Source of the DNA: an uncultured Christensenella sp.
GTDB lineage: Bacteria; Bacillota; Clostridia; Christensenellales; Borkfalkiaceae
Direction of reading: 5' to 3'
NCBI GenBank assembly: GCA_964601265.1
Contig: CAZRMT010000002.1
Span: 2,560-66,559, forward strand
DNA: 64,000 nucleotides
Under the pieces are notes generated by a model. It ran no database searches. It was not told where the DNA came from and was given only the letters and a program-made list of their open reading frames with translations. Positions 15,857 to 24,999 of this stretch are shown here, in pieces. A program made the position numbers and the translations under genes. The stretch's first letter is position 1, and every line of letters begins with the position of its first letter.

Positions 15857-17121
15857 TAAATTTTCTCCAAAGCTTGCTCTATATCGGCTATTATGTCGTC
15901 GGCGTCCTCTATTCCCACGGAAAGTCTTAACAAATTAGGTGCAATTCCGCAATCTTCCAACGCCTTATCCGAAAGCTGTCTGTGCGTGGTGGAAGCAGGG
16001 TGTAAAATACAACTTCTTGCGTCGGCAACGTGAGTTTCGATTCCTATCATCTTCAACGCTTCCATAAACTTAACGGCGTTGCCCTTGTCCCCTTTTAGCC
16101 CGAAACTCATCATTCCGCCTTGTCCGTCGGGAAGATATTTTTCGGCTAAATCGTGATATTTATCGTCTTTTAAAGAGGGGTGTTTTACCCATTCCACTTT
16201 ATCTTGTTCCGATAAAAATTTTGCAACCTTTTTAACGTTTTCGGAATGTTTAGCCATTCTCAAAGTTAACGTATCGCAACCGAGAGTTGTTAAAAACGCA
16301 TTTTGCGGACTCATCATAGCGCCTAAATCTCTCATAATCTGCGCTCTGCACTTGGTAGCGAATGCCGTTTTACCTAAATCGGCATACACAAGTCCGTGAT
16401 AACTTTCGTCGGGCTCGTTAAAGTCTTTATATCTTGCGTTTCCCTTGTAGCAGAAGTTTCCTCCGTCTACAACCGCTCCGCCCAAAGCAACGGCGTGTCC
16501 GTCAACGTACTTGGAAGTCGAATAACAAACGATATTCGCCCCGAACTCGAACGGACGACAAAGCGCACCCGTAACTAAAGTATTGTCAACGGCAAACAAA
16601 ACACCATGTTTTTTGGCTATTCTCGCAATTTTATCGAAATCGAGAACGACTATCGACGGATTGGCAAGCGTTTCGGTAAAAATAAGCTTGGTATTTTCGT
16701 CAACGAGCTTGTCTATATCCTCTTCCGTGTCGTCGGGGTTGAAAAATCTGGTTTCGATACCGAGCTTTCTAAGCGTTACGTCGAAAAGATTATACGTTCC
16801 TCCGTACACGGCAGAAGAAGACACGACGTTGTCGCCCGCGTGGCAAACCGTCAAGACGGTATACAAAGTCGCGCTCATTCCCGAAGAAGTACATATAGTT
16901 GCGCTACCGCCTTCCAATGCGGTAAGCTTACCCTCTAAAACGGCAACGGTTGGGTTAGCTAGCCTCGTATAAAAATATCCGTCCGCTTTTAGGTCGAATA
17001 AATCCGCCATATCTCCCGCTTTTTCGTAAAGAAAAGTGGTACTTTGATAAATGGGGGTAACTCTCGCTTCCCCTTGCTTGGGTCTATATCCCGCCTGCAC
17101 GCAAATTGTGTCTTTTTTCAT
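15856..17121 (-). CDS. metY: O-acetylhomoserine sulfhydrylase (PLP-dependent, Cys/Met metabolism family).
   Basis: 421 aa: TPIYQSTTF, the PLP-lysine region YSTSKYVDGH, and LRLSVGIED near the C-terminus. Confidence 0.9.
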   Translation of the reverse strand: MKKDTICVQAGYRPKQGEARVTPIYQSTTFLYEKAGDMADLFDLKADGYFYTRLANPTVAVLEGKLTALEGGSATICTSSGMSATLYTVLTVCHAGDNVVSSSAVYGGTYNLFDVTLRKLGIETRFFNPDDTEEDIDKLVDENTKLIFTETLANPSIVVLDFDKIARIAKKHGVLFAVDNTLVTGALCRPFEFGANIVCYSTSKYVDGHAVALGGAVVDGGNFCYKGNARYKDFNEPDESYHGLVYADLGKTAFATKCRAQIMRDLGAMMSPQNAFLTTLGCDTLTLRMAKHSENVKKVAKFLSEQDKVEWVKHPSLKDDKYHDLAEKYLPDGQGGMMSFGLKGDKGNAVKFMEALKMIGIETHVADARSCILHPASTTHRQLSDKALEDCGIAPNLLRLSVGIEDADDIIADIEQALEKI

Positions 17122-17173
17122 AATTTATCATCTCCTTTTAACTGTGAGTAATATTCAAAACTTTTTTAACTTG

Positions 17174-17202
17174 ATTATATCACCAAATTTAAAGGTTTGC
17201 AA
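17174..17202 (-). promoter_or_regulatory. Putative metY-metA promoter (TTGCAA-17-TATAAT, TGA upstream of the -10).
   Basis: The -35 is the complement of 17197..17202 and the -10 is the complement of 17174..17179. This leaves a leader of only about 45 nt. Confidence 0.6.
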
Positions 17203-17229
17203 TTATTTTACTAAGATTATCCGTGATTT

Positions 17230-17751
17230 TCATAACCGAACCGTTTTAAAACTTTTTAAAATAGGAATAGACAAAAGCGACACGGTAAATAATGTAGAAA
17301 GCGTTTGCATACCCATAAACGGTAGCGAGGAATAAAAATAAGCGTAAGTTGCTTTGTCGCTCATTTCCATATATAAAGGCGTGATAACGTCGTCTAAAAG
17401 GGTAAACAAAACGGTCATAACGCAAGCCACGACTATAAATATAACGGCTTGCCACCATTTTTTTATTTCTCTTTTGAAAAATACCCCTATTAAGCCGAAA
17501 ACAACAGCTAAAAAATTATAGTAAATTAAATAAAGAATAATCACCGTGGGAAAAAATCCAAAAATAAAACAACGCAATAGCGAAAATAACGTCATAGTTA
17601 TAAGTCCGCTTATTATTCCGAAATAGAAACAAAAACAAACGGATAAAACGGTTACCACTTCCACTCCCGCAACCGAACTTAAAGCAAGCTGTCCGCCGAT
17701 AAGCAACGCACAGTATACGCCGATAAAAACGACTCTTTTACAAGTTTTCAT
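17230..17751 (-). CDS. Polytopic membrane protein, ECF-transporter S-component-like (CbrT-like cobalamin candidate).
   Basis: 173 aa with about 5-6 hydrophobic helices. It starts 1 nt after the stop of the DUF4430 gene and lies downstream of a cobalamin riboswitch. The family call rests on context and topology only. Confidence 0.5.
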   Translation of the reverse strand: MKTCKRVVFIGVYCALLIGGQLALSSVAGVEVVTVLSVCFCFYFGIISGLITMTLFSLLRCFIFGFFPTVIILYLIYYNFLAVVFGLIGVFFKREIKKWWQAVIFIVVACVMTVLFTLLDDVITPLYMEMSDKATYAYFYSSLPFMGMQTLSTLFTVSLLSIPILKSFKTVRL

Positions 17752-17752
17752 A

Positions 17753-18163
17753 TCAGCAAGGCGTATACACGAATAAAATTACGTCATTATCCGCTATGGT
17801 TTGAGTGGAAACGCCGAAAGAAGCGTAATCGCCGTTTACGTAAAACGCCCAATATGCGTTATTTGTGTTATACTCGGCAAAAACGCCGTTAATTTCGGTG
17901 ATAAACAACCCGTAACCCGTATCGTCGCCCTTAAAATCAAAGTCGGCGTAAAGATCTTTACACTTGTTTAACGCGTCTAAAACGTAATATTTCTCCGTCG
18001 TTAAAGTAAATCTTTCGTTTGCTCTTTCCAGCGGACCGTAATTCACTTCTATGGTAACGGTTTTCTCGCCCTCGTGTTTTTCGTTAGGATTTTTGCAAGA
18101 AAACCCGACAAGCAAACAGCAAGCCATTACAAAACACAGCATAAAAGAAACGATTTTTTTCAT
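17753..18163 (-). CDS. DUF4430-type (transcobalamin beta-domain-like) secreted lipoprotein.
   Basis: 136 aa with a signal peptide ending LLVGFSC. The C-terminal pattern is GYGLFITEINGV..AYWAFYVNGDYASFGVSTQTIADNDVILFVY. GGAGG RBS. Confidence 0.65.
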   Translation of the reverse strand: MKKIVSFMLCFVMACCLLVGFSCKNPNEKHEGEKTVTIEVNYGPLERANERFTLTTEKYYVLDALNKCKDLYADFDFKGDDTGYGLFITEINGVFAEYNTNNAYWAFYVNGDYASFGVSTQTIADNDVILFVYTPC

Positions 18164-18179
18164 AAGTATCCTCCAAAAT

Positions 18180-18385
18180 TAATAACTCTCCTTTTTAGGA
18201 GAGCTTTTAATCAATAATAATCTGCGTGAGTCGCCCTCCGCAACACACGTTCGAGAAGTATCCTGACTAACGGTTTAACCTTTCGGCGACCTTCCCACGA
18301 ATTAACGCAGTGGCATTTTGCCGATTGTACCCGATACAGTAGCGGGAGCTGTTAAGGATTCTCACCTTATTCCTTCGATATTTCC
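18180..18385 (-). promoter_or_regulatory. Cobalamin (B12) riboswitch with a terminator-type expression platform.
   Basis: The minus strand reads ..AAGGAATAAGGTGAGAATCCTTAACAGCTCCCGCTACTGTATCGGG..TGCCACTGCGTTAATTCGTGGGAAGGTCGCC..GTTAGTCAGGATACTTCTCG. The last block is the B12 box (complement of about 18254..18270). The hairpin CTCTCCT-AAAA-AGGAGAG (18186..18203) and a T-rich tract follow. Confidence 0.85.
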
Positions 18386-18388
18386 TTC

Positions 18389-18417
18389 ATTATAACCTTG
18401 CGTTTAATTTTTGTCAA
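18389..18417 (-). promoter_or_regulatory. Consensus SigA promoter (TTGACA-17-TATAAT) driving the riboswitch operon.
   Basis: The -35 is the complement of 18412..18417 and the -10 is the complement of 18389..18394. Confidence 0.75.
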
Positions 18418-18439
18418 ACGCATAAAAGCGTTTAAAAAA

Positions 18440-18940
18440 CTATCCGTACAATTTTTTATATTTCTTTTTTACTTTTTCTACTTTTTTATAATAATTAACG
18501 CTTTCTTTATACCAAAACTCTTTTTCACCGCTTTCAAGCCATTTTACCAGCGTTCCCTCTCCGCCGTTATAAGCGTATAAGACGTATTTTTCGCTTTTAA
18601 ATTTTTCAAAAAGATAGCTTAAATACTTTACGCCTATTTCGATATTGTCGTTTTCGTCAAACAAGTCGAATTTTTCTTTGCCGAGCATTTCGGAAACGTA
18701 TTTTGCGGTAGAAGGCATAATTTGCATAAGCCCGACGGCTCCCGCATAAGACACCTTATTTTTAACAAACGAACTTTCAGCGTAAATAACGGCTAAAACA
18801 AGGCTTTTTTCAACTTTAAATTTTTTACAATAAAATTCCACTTGTCTTTTATACCTACACGGATATTTTACGTAAAGACAAGAAAAAAGGACGGCTAAAA
18901 CCACCGTCCCCGCAATTATGAACCTATAAATTTTTCGCAT
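18440..18940 (-). CDS. Lytic transglycosylase (SLT domain), membrane-anchored.
   Basis: Motifs AVIYAESSF and AGAVGLMQIMPSTAKYV. ATG 18940 (MRKIYRFIIAG..) is preferred over the TTG at 18961. Either start overlaps the coaE 3' end. Confidence 0.85.
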   Translation of the reverse strand: MRKIYRFIIAGTVVLAVLFSCLYVKYPCRYKRQVEFYCKKFKVEKSLVLAVIYAESSFVKNKVSYAGAVGLMQIMPSTAKYVSEMLGKEKFDLFDENDNIEIGVKYLSYLFEKFKSEKYVLYAYNGGEGTLVKWLESGEKEFWYKESVNYYKKVEKVKKKYKKLYG

Positions 18941-19502
18941 ATAAAAGCACCTGCCGTTCAAGTTCGGTCAAACTTTGGTCGTTATATATAACAGTATGCT
19001 TAATTTCAGAATTTATAACGTATTTTTTTTGTCCGTCGATTTTCTTTAACGCAAACGAATAGTCCACTCCGTCCCTTTCCATAACGGAACGTATTTGACT
19101 TTCCTTTTCCCTTTCTATAATCCATACCTCGTCAAAATAATCTTGCGTGTTTTTTATTTCCGCAAGCAACGGAACTTCGCAAAAACACAATTTTTCGTTT
19201 TCGCTACGCTTTATCAGTTCTTCCATTACTCTGCCGTGAGTAATTTCGTTAAGTTCTTTTCTCTTTTCCTCGTTAGAAAAAATAATTTGAGTGATTTTTT
19301 TCCTGTCAAGCATAGTTTTGCCGTTGCTTTTTATCGCATTTATTCCGAGTTTTTCTGAAATTTCTATCACAAAATTCGGATTTTTATCCAATAAGTCCGC
19401 ATATATCTCGTCGGCAGAAAAAACGCTGTAACCGTTTTTCTTTAAAATACCTAAAACAACGCTTTTCCCCGAACCTATTTTCCCCGTAATTGCCACTCTC
19501 AT
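18924..19502 (-). CDS. coaE: Dephospho-CoA kinase.
   Basis: MRVAITGKIGSGKSVV (P-loop). ATG 19502 forms an ATGA overlap with the polA stop. Confidence 0.9.
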   Translation of the reverse strand: MRVAITGKIGSGKSVVLGILKKNGYSVFSADEIYADLLDKNPNFVIEISEKLGINAIKSNGKTMLDRKKITQIIFSNEEKRKELNEITHGRVMEELIKRSENEKLCFCEVPLLAEIKNTQDYFDEVWIIEREKESQIRSVMERDGVDYSFALKKIDGQKKYVINSEIKHTVIYNDQSLTELERQVLLYAKNL

Positions 19503-22045
19503 TTTACTTCGTACCAATTTTTACCGCTACTTACTTCCGTTTCCAGCTTTACGCTGTTAAGCGATATACTTTCCATTTCCTCTTTGAGTATTTTTTCAAC
19601 GGTTTCTCTTTCCGTTTCGGGGCAGTCGACCACTAGTTCGTCGTGAATTTGCAAAATCAGTTTTGCTTGTAGGTTTTCCGCTTTAAGCCTATTAAAGACC
19701 TTTATCATCGCAAGCTTTATAATATCGGCGCTACTTCCTTGCAACGGCATATTCATAGACGCCCTTTCTCCGAACGCCCTTAAATTTCTATCCGACGCAT
19801 TTATTTCTTTTATATAACGCTTTCTGCCCATAAACGTTTGTACGTATCCGTTTGCATGAGCAAATTCTACGTTCGAATCCATATATTTCTTTACTTCGGG
19901 ATAAGAAGCAAAGTATCTATCCATATAATTTTGAGCCGAACGGGGCGGAATTTTTAGCGTTTCGCTTAACCCGAACGAGCTTATACCGTATATTATCCCG
20001 AAATTGACCGCTTTTGCGCTACGCCTTTCGTCCTTACTAATTTCTTCCACTTTTTTACCGAAAACTTGACTAGCCGTCTGCGTATGAATATCCTTTCCGC
20101 TTTTAAACGCTTCTATCAACGCCGAACAAGAGGAAAAGTCCGCAAGAAGTCTAAGTTCTATTTGAGAATAATCGCTACTTACGATACACCCGTCGTCAAA
20201 TCGTGAAACGAACGCTTTTCTTAGCACTTTCCCCTCGTCGCTTCTTACGGGAATATTTTGCAAATTCGGTTCCGAACTCGATAAACGCCCCGTCGAAGTC
20301 AAGGTTTGGTTAAAGGTCGTGTGTATCAACTCTCCGCCCTTTTTAACAAGTTCAAGCAATGCGTCTACGTAAGTACTTTTAAGCTTTGCCGTTTTTCTAT
20401 ACTTTAAAATTAAATCCACCACGGGGTGTTCGCCCGAAAGCTTTTCCAAAACTTCGGCTTTTGTGGAATAAGAGCCGTTCTTTAATTTTTTACCGCCCTT
20501 TAAACCGAGTTTTACAAACAACATTTCGGATAGTTGTTTCGGGGAATTTATATTTATTGCGTCGCCCGTGTAAGAATATATTTCTTCAAGCGTTTCCTTT
20601 AACTGTTCGTCGAAATCGACTGAAAGCACCTTAAGATATTCTTCGTCTACCTTAAAACCCGTTTTTTCCATTTCATACAAAACGTCGCAAAGCGGTAGTT
20701 CCATTTCGTAATACAGTTTTTCCATTTTTTGCGAAATTAATTTTTCTTTTAATACGGCAAAAACTTTACTTAGTGCGTAAGCGGGATTATCTATGGAGTA
20801 ACCGTACTCTTCGCATAAGCTTTTAGCGGTAATCTCTCCGCCCGTAAAATCGACAAGGTATTTCAAAATAGAAAGGTCGTCTGCGTCGCACTTTAATTCT
20901 ACGCCGTATTTATCCAACGTTTTGCGTGTTTTTTTCTTATCTATAAGCACGCATTTTTTATCGCTTTCGAAATAAGTTGTTAAAATTTCGCCAAAATCTT
21001 CTTCGTCTATTCCGTCGTCTAAAAAGTTTTCTTTTAGTGTTATTTCGTATTCCTTTTCGCCGTCGTAAAAATTGATTTTCTCTTCACAAACGAAAGCAAT
21101 TTCTTTTGCTTTTAACAACGCCTCTTTTGCTTCGTTTACGCTTTTTATTATCTCCTTTTCGATTTTTTCGGATTTTGGTTCGTCTTTTTTTTCTTCTTCA
21201 TTGCCAAGCTCAAGCTTTTTAAGAATATTTATAAAACCAAGCTTTAAAAATTGTTTTTTTGTTTCTTCTCCGACGGCGGACACCTCTAAATCGCATAGCC
21301 TCGCTTCCAATGGCATATCAACGCAAATCGTGGCAAGTCTTTTTGATAAAAAGGCGCTTTCCTTTCCATTGTCGACGTAATCTCTTAATTTACCCGTAAG
21401 CTCGTCTATATGTTCGTAAAGGTTTTCTATATTGCCGTAAGTTTCTATAAGCGAATAAGCCCTTTTGGCTCCTATACCCTCTACGCCTTTAATATTATCC
21501 GAACTGTCGCCCATTAACGCTTTTAAGTCTACTACTTGGTTGGGATATATTCCGTATTTTTCTTTAAAATTATTATCGTTATAAATTTCGACGTCGGTTA
21601 TTCCTCTTTTAGTAAAGTACACGCTTGTAGTTTTATCAACCAACTGAAAAGCGTCTCTGTCCCCCGTAAAAATCGCCGTGGGCAAATCGAACTGTTTAGC
21701 AAAACTTCCTATTATATCGTCCGCTTCGTATCCGGCTTTTTCATATCTTGCTATTCCCATTTTATCCAGCGTCTCTTTGAGAAGAGGAATTTGCACGGCA
21801 AGTTCTTCGGGCATAGGACGTCTGCCCGCCTTATATTCGGAATACTCCTTATGTCTGAAAGTCGGCTCTCTTCTATCGAATGCAACCAACATATATTTAG
21901 GAGATAAATCCTTTTCTATTTTAAAAAGCATATTCAAAAACGCATAAACGGCGTTAGTCGGCGTGCCGTCGGGCGAATTTAGTAAGGGCGTTGCGTAAAA
22001 CGCTCTGTTTATTAAAGAATTTCCGTCAATTAAAACAAGTTCCAT
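19499..22045 (-). CDS. polA: DNA polymerase I (5'-nuclease + polymerase; the 3'-5' exonuclease motif looks degenerate).
   Basis: 848 aa: N-terminal MELVLIDGNSLINRAFYA, polymerase motifs DYSQIELRLLA and LQIHDELVV. AFVCEE occupies the place of the exo I acidic motif. Confidence 0.95.
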   Translation of the reverse strand: MELVLIDGNSLINRAFYATPLLNSPDGTPTNAVYAFLNMLFKIEKDLSPKYMLVAFDRREPTFRHKEYSEYKAGRRPMPEELAVQIPLLKETLDKMGIARYEKAGYEADDIIGSFAKQFDLPTAIFTGDRDAFQLVDKTTSVYFTKRGITDVEIYNDNNFKEKYGIYPNQVVDLKALMGDSSDNIKGVEGIGAKRAYSLIETYGNIENLYEHIDELTGKLRDYVDNGKESAFLSKRLATICVDMPLEARLCDLEVSAVGEETKKQFLKLGFINILKKLELGNEEEKKDEPKSEKIEKEIIKSVNEAKEALLKAKEIAFVCEEKINFYDGEKEYEITLKENFLDDGIDEEDFGEILTTYFESDKKCVLIDKKKTRKTLDKYGVELKCDADDLSILKYLVDFTGGEITAKSLCEEYGYSIDNPAYALSKVFAVLKEKLISQKMEKLYYEMELPLCDVLYEMEKTGFKVDEEYLKVLSVDFDEQLKETLEEIYSYTGDAININSPKQLSEMLFVKLGLKGGKKLKNGSYSTKAEVLEKLSGEHPVVDLILKYRKTAKLKSTYVDALLELVKKGGELIHTTFNQTLTSTGRLSSSEPNLQNIPVRSDEGKVLRKAFVSRFDDGCIVSSDYSQIELRLLADFSSCSALIEAFKSGKDIHTQTASQVFGKKVEEISKDERRSAKAVNFGIIYGISSFGLSETLKIPPRSAQNYMDRYFASYPEVKKYMDSNVEFAHANGYVQTFMGRKRYIKEINASDRNLRAFGERASMNMPLQGSSADIIKLAMIKVFNRLKAENLQAKLILQIHDELVVDCPETERETVEKILKEEMESISLNSVKLETEVSSGKNWYEVK

Positions 22046-22055
22046 ATTTCACCTT

Positions 22056-23591
22056 TTAGGTTAAATCCACGCCGAAAATACTCGCAATGGCTGAAATAAC
22101 CCTTTCGTTTTCGGTCGTCTTTTCGTTTAAAAGAATTTCTTTTATTTTTTGTAAGTCGCTTTCTTGTAAATTATCAAGCGTTACGTTTTTATCCTCGACT
22201 TCCTTTAAAGCGTCGGACAACACTTGAGAACCTATTACGGAATCAACCATTTCTTCAGCTTGTAAAACGGTAAGTTCGTTTTTATGTTTAATACAGTTAA
22301 ACGTTGCTATAAAAGTTTTATCGGCTTTTACACATTCGCTTAAAAACGTTTCTTCGTCTTTTATCTTATATAAGTTATCGAAAATACTTATAGCTATTTC
22401 TGAAAACGCCTCGACGTTTTCTTCGGTATTGTCCTCAACGCAGTTTTTAATCATTTTTTGCGTATAGGCTTCCCACCCGTCGGTTTCTATATATTTTACT
22501 ATATTTTCAACAGCCATTCCATCGCCCGTTGCGGTTTTTGCGTTTAGCAAATCGAAATACCTTTGCATATAATCCAAAGCGGAAAATACGTTTACTGCGC
22601 AAATAAGTTTTTCAGACGCATTATCTTCGTCGCAAGTTTTCATTTCTTCAAAAAGCGGACTTACGGCGTTTAAATATTTTGCGTCGTAACCGTCAAAATA
22701 AGAGGGTGCTTCTTCTCCTATGCGTCTTGTAACGTAACACATAATTATCTTCGCCGTGTAAACGTTGTTTTTACCGTCGTAACTACTTATGGTTTCCACC
22801 GAGCTTTTAAGTAAGTCGTAATCTATTTGCTCGCTTTCCAACATACTCGTCAAGTCTTTTATTTGCGGTAAAATTTCAAGCGTTCCGAAAACTTCCGAGC
22901 GTAAATCGCTTTTAAAAGTTTTTTTACCCGCAAGCGATTTATAGTTAATTTTCGTCAAACTCTTAAACACTCCGTCGCTCAAATCGTCGCAAAAAGAAAA
23001 AACGAAATTACTTCTTAACTCTATCGCCGCATCGCAAACTTCGATAATTTCTTTATTGTCTTCCGTGTCCTCTACGTAACCTTTTGCGTCGGCAAGACAG
23101 CCTATATAACCGTTAATCGGACAAAATACGGCAAAAAACGACACCAGCGCACCTAAAACGCCCACTAAAGCTCCGACAGTTCTCGACAAGGCTTTACTCG
23201 TAGCCTCGCCGTCTATTTTTTTTGAAAAAATTGATTTTATGATTAAATACACGAAATAAAACAGTTTTGAAACCACTAGAAAGATGATAGAAAACACAAT
23301 CGGATAAAGCATGGCTTTTGCTAATATTTCTGCGTTTTTTGATAATTCTTCCCCGTCAACGCCCAATTTCGAAGTATCTATTAATGAACTGAACTTGTCT
23401 ATTAAGTTCGTCTTTTTAAGCACGTTTAACAATAAAATCGCCACGGGGATTGCTAAAATTATCGTAGCAGTTCTAACTATCGACTTAAATATCCCTCTTT
23501 TCATTCCCACGAATACCGCTATTACAATCATTAACACAAAAACAAGCGTAAACCCGAGCGTAACCCATTTTACGATATCACTATAATCCAC
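22056..23591 (-). CDS. CvpA-like N-terminal membrane domain fused to a ~370-aa acidic helical domain; function unknown.
   Basis: The ORF is open to TTG 23633, which has no RBS. GTG 23591 is preceded by AAGGAG and gives VDYSDIVKWVTLGFTLVFVLMIVIAVFVGMKRGIFKS, a typical CvpA start. There are four hydrophobic helices and then a long soluble region. Confidence 0.6.
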   Translation of the reverse strand: MDYSDIVKWVTLGFTLVFVLMIVIAVFVGMKRGIFKSIVRTATIILAIPVAILLLNVLKKTNLIDKFSSLIDTSKLGVDGEELSKNAEILAKAMLYPIVFSIIFLVVSKLFYFVYLIIKSIFSKKIDGEATSKALSRTVGALVGVLGALVSFFAVFCPINGYIGCLADAKGYVEDTEDNKEIIEVCDAAIELRSNFVFSFCDDLSDGVFKSLTKINYKSLAGKKTFKSDLRSEVFGTLEILPQIKDLTSMLESEQIDYDLLKSSVETISSYDGKNNVYTAKIIMCYVTRRIGEEAPSYFDGYDAKYLNAVSPLFEEMKTCDEDNASEKLICAVNVFSALDYMQRYFDLLNAKTATGDGMAVENIVKYIETDGWEAYTQKMIKNCVEDNTEENVEAFSEIAISIFDNLYKIKDEETFLSECVKADKTFIATFNCIKHKNELTVLQAEEMVDSVIGSQVLSDALKEVEDKNVTLDNLQESDLQKIKEILLNEKTTENERVISAIASIFGVDLT

Positions 23592-23638
23592 CCTTTTATT
23601 ATTCTCCTTTGGCTTTTTTGCGTTCGTTGACAAAGGTA

Positions 23639-24169
23639 TTAAAATTCCGTCGTCTTTAATTGCGAAAGATTAAAAAACTTTACGTCCTTATTTTCGTATT
23701 CGCAAAAACGAATTTTATATTCCCCGTCCGCCACCTCTTCTCCGCATTTTGCAAGCGCCCAATTTTCCTTTTCGTCTAAATTATCGAAAAAGACTTCCGC
23801 TTCGCCGTCGGCGTCCACCTTGGTTATATAAGCCGTTTTGCAATAAGGTAACATCGTTCTATAAAAAGTCGCCCCGCCTATTACGAATATTTCTTCGTCG
23901 GGATATTTAGAAAGTTCTTTAAAAAGTTCTTCCAGCGTATGAACGCATATTACGTCGTCTCTTTCTATTTCCTCGGGGCATAAAGTTATATTTACTCTGT
24001 TTTTTAAAGGTTTTCCGTTAGGGAAAGAAAGCAAGGTATTATACCCCATACAAACCACTTTACCCGTAGTCTTTTCACGAAAATATTTCATATCTTCTTT
24101 CAACGAGAAAAGTAATCCGTTTTTTTTGCCTATTCCCCATTTTTTATCGACGGCAACTATTAACTGCAT
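23639..24169 (-). CDS. folA: Dihydrofolate reductase.
   Basis: MQLIVAVDKKWGIGKKNGLLFSLKEDMKYFREKTTGKVVCMGYNT..VIGGATFY. Confidence 0.9.
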   Translation of the reverse strand: MQLIVAVDKKWGIGKKNGLLFSLKEDMKYFREKTTGKVVCMGYNTLLSFPNGKPLKNRVNITLCPEEIERDDVICVHTLEELFKELSKYPDEEIFVIGGATFYRTMLPYCKTAYITKVDADGEAEVFFDNLDEKENWALAKCGEEVADGEYKIRFCEYENKDVKFFNLSQLKTTEF

Positions 24170-24999
24170 TAAATAGCCACCTCCAATTTATCGGTTAAAA
24201 CGGTGCTTTCGTAATTTTCCAACTTAAAGTCGTCAACGGTAAAATCGTAAAAGTTTTTTACGTCCTTATTGATTTTAAAAACAGGCGCTTCGAAAGTCGG
24301 GTTTTCAATTACCTTTTTAACTATCGGAATATGCCTATCGTAAATATGAGCGTCAGCTATTACGTGAACCAATTTCCCTACTTCCAAGCCTGAAACCTGA
24401 GCAAACATATGCATTAAAACGGCGTACTGCACCACGTTCCAGTTGTTTGCCGTAAGCATATCTCCCGAACGCTGATTGAGTATTCCGTTAAGCTTATTTC
24501 CGCTAACGTTAAAAGTCATAGAATAAGCGCAAGGATATAAATTCATTTCGTGTAAATCTTCGAAATTATAAATATTAGTCATAATTCTACGAGAGGACGG
24601 ATTATTCTTTAAATCGAACAAAACTCTGTCTACTTGGTCGAATTCCCCCTCTTTATATTTGTGCTTTACGCCGAGCTGATAGCCGTATGCCTTACCTATG
24701 GTGCCGTCCTGTCCTGCCCAATTATCCCAAATATGTGAATGAAGGTCGCTTACCTTGTTGGATTTTTTCTGCCAAATCCATAAAATTTCGTCCACGGCGG
24801 ACTTAAAAAAGGTTTTCCTTACGGTTATTATGGGGAACTCCTTACTTAAATCGTAACGGTTGACTATACCGAATTTTTTAACGGTATGCGCAGGCGTTCC
24901 GTCCGCCCAATGCGGTCTAACTTTTAAATCGGTGTCCCATACACCGTTTTCCATAATATCTTTACAGTTTGCAATAAAAACTTTGTCTGCGTAGCTCAT
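24169..24999 (-). CDS. thyA: Thymidylate synthase (B. subtilis ThyA-type).
   Basis: GTPAHT, LWIWQKKSN, NPSSRRIMT, catalytic-Cys region LYPCAYSMTFNV, and FYDFTVDDFKLENY. It has a one-base overlap with folA. Confidence 0.9.
   Translation of the reverse strand: MSYADKVFIANCKDIMENGVWDTDLKVRPHWADGTPAHTVKKFGIVNRYDLSKEFPIITVRKTFFKSAVDEILWIWQKKSNKVSDLHSHIWDNWAGQDGTIGKAYGYQLGVKHKYKEGEFDQVDRVLFDLKNNPSSRRIMTNIYNFEDLHEMNLYPCAYSMTFNVSGNKLNGILNQRSGDMLTANNWNVVQYAVLMHMFAQVSGLEVGKLVHVIADAHIYDRHIPIVKKVIENPTFEAPVFKINKDVKNFYDFTVDDFKLENYESTVLTDKLEVAI

Noticed and set aside
16583-16972. Antisense ORFs of 129 and 110 aa inside metY, and similar ones inside polA (21536..21947), lon, clpX, tig and the giant lipoprotein genes.
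   Set aside because: All are nested on the opposite strand of genes with strong family signatures. They lack RBSs and have low-complexity or biased composition, so they are typical shadow ORFs.
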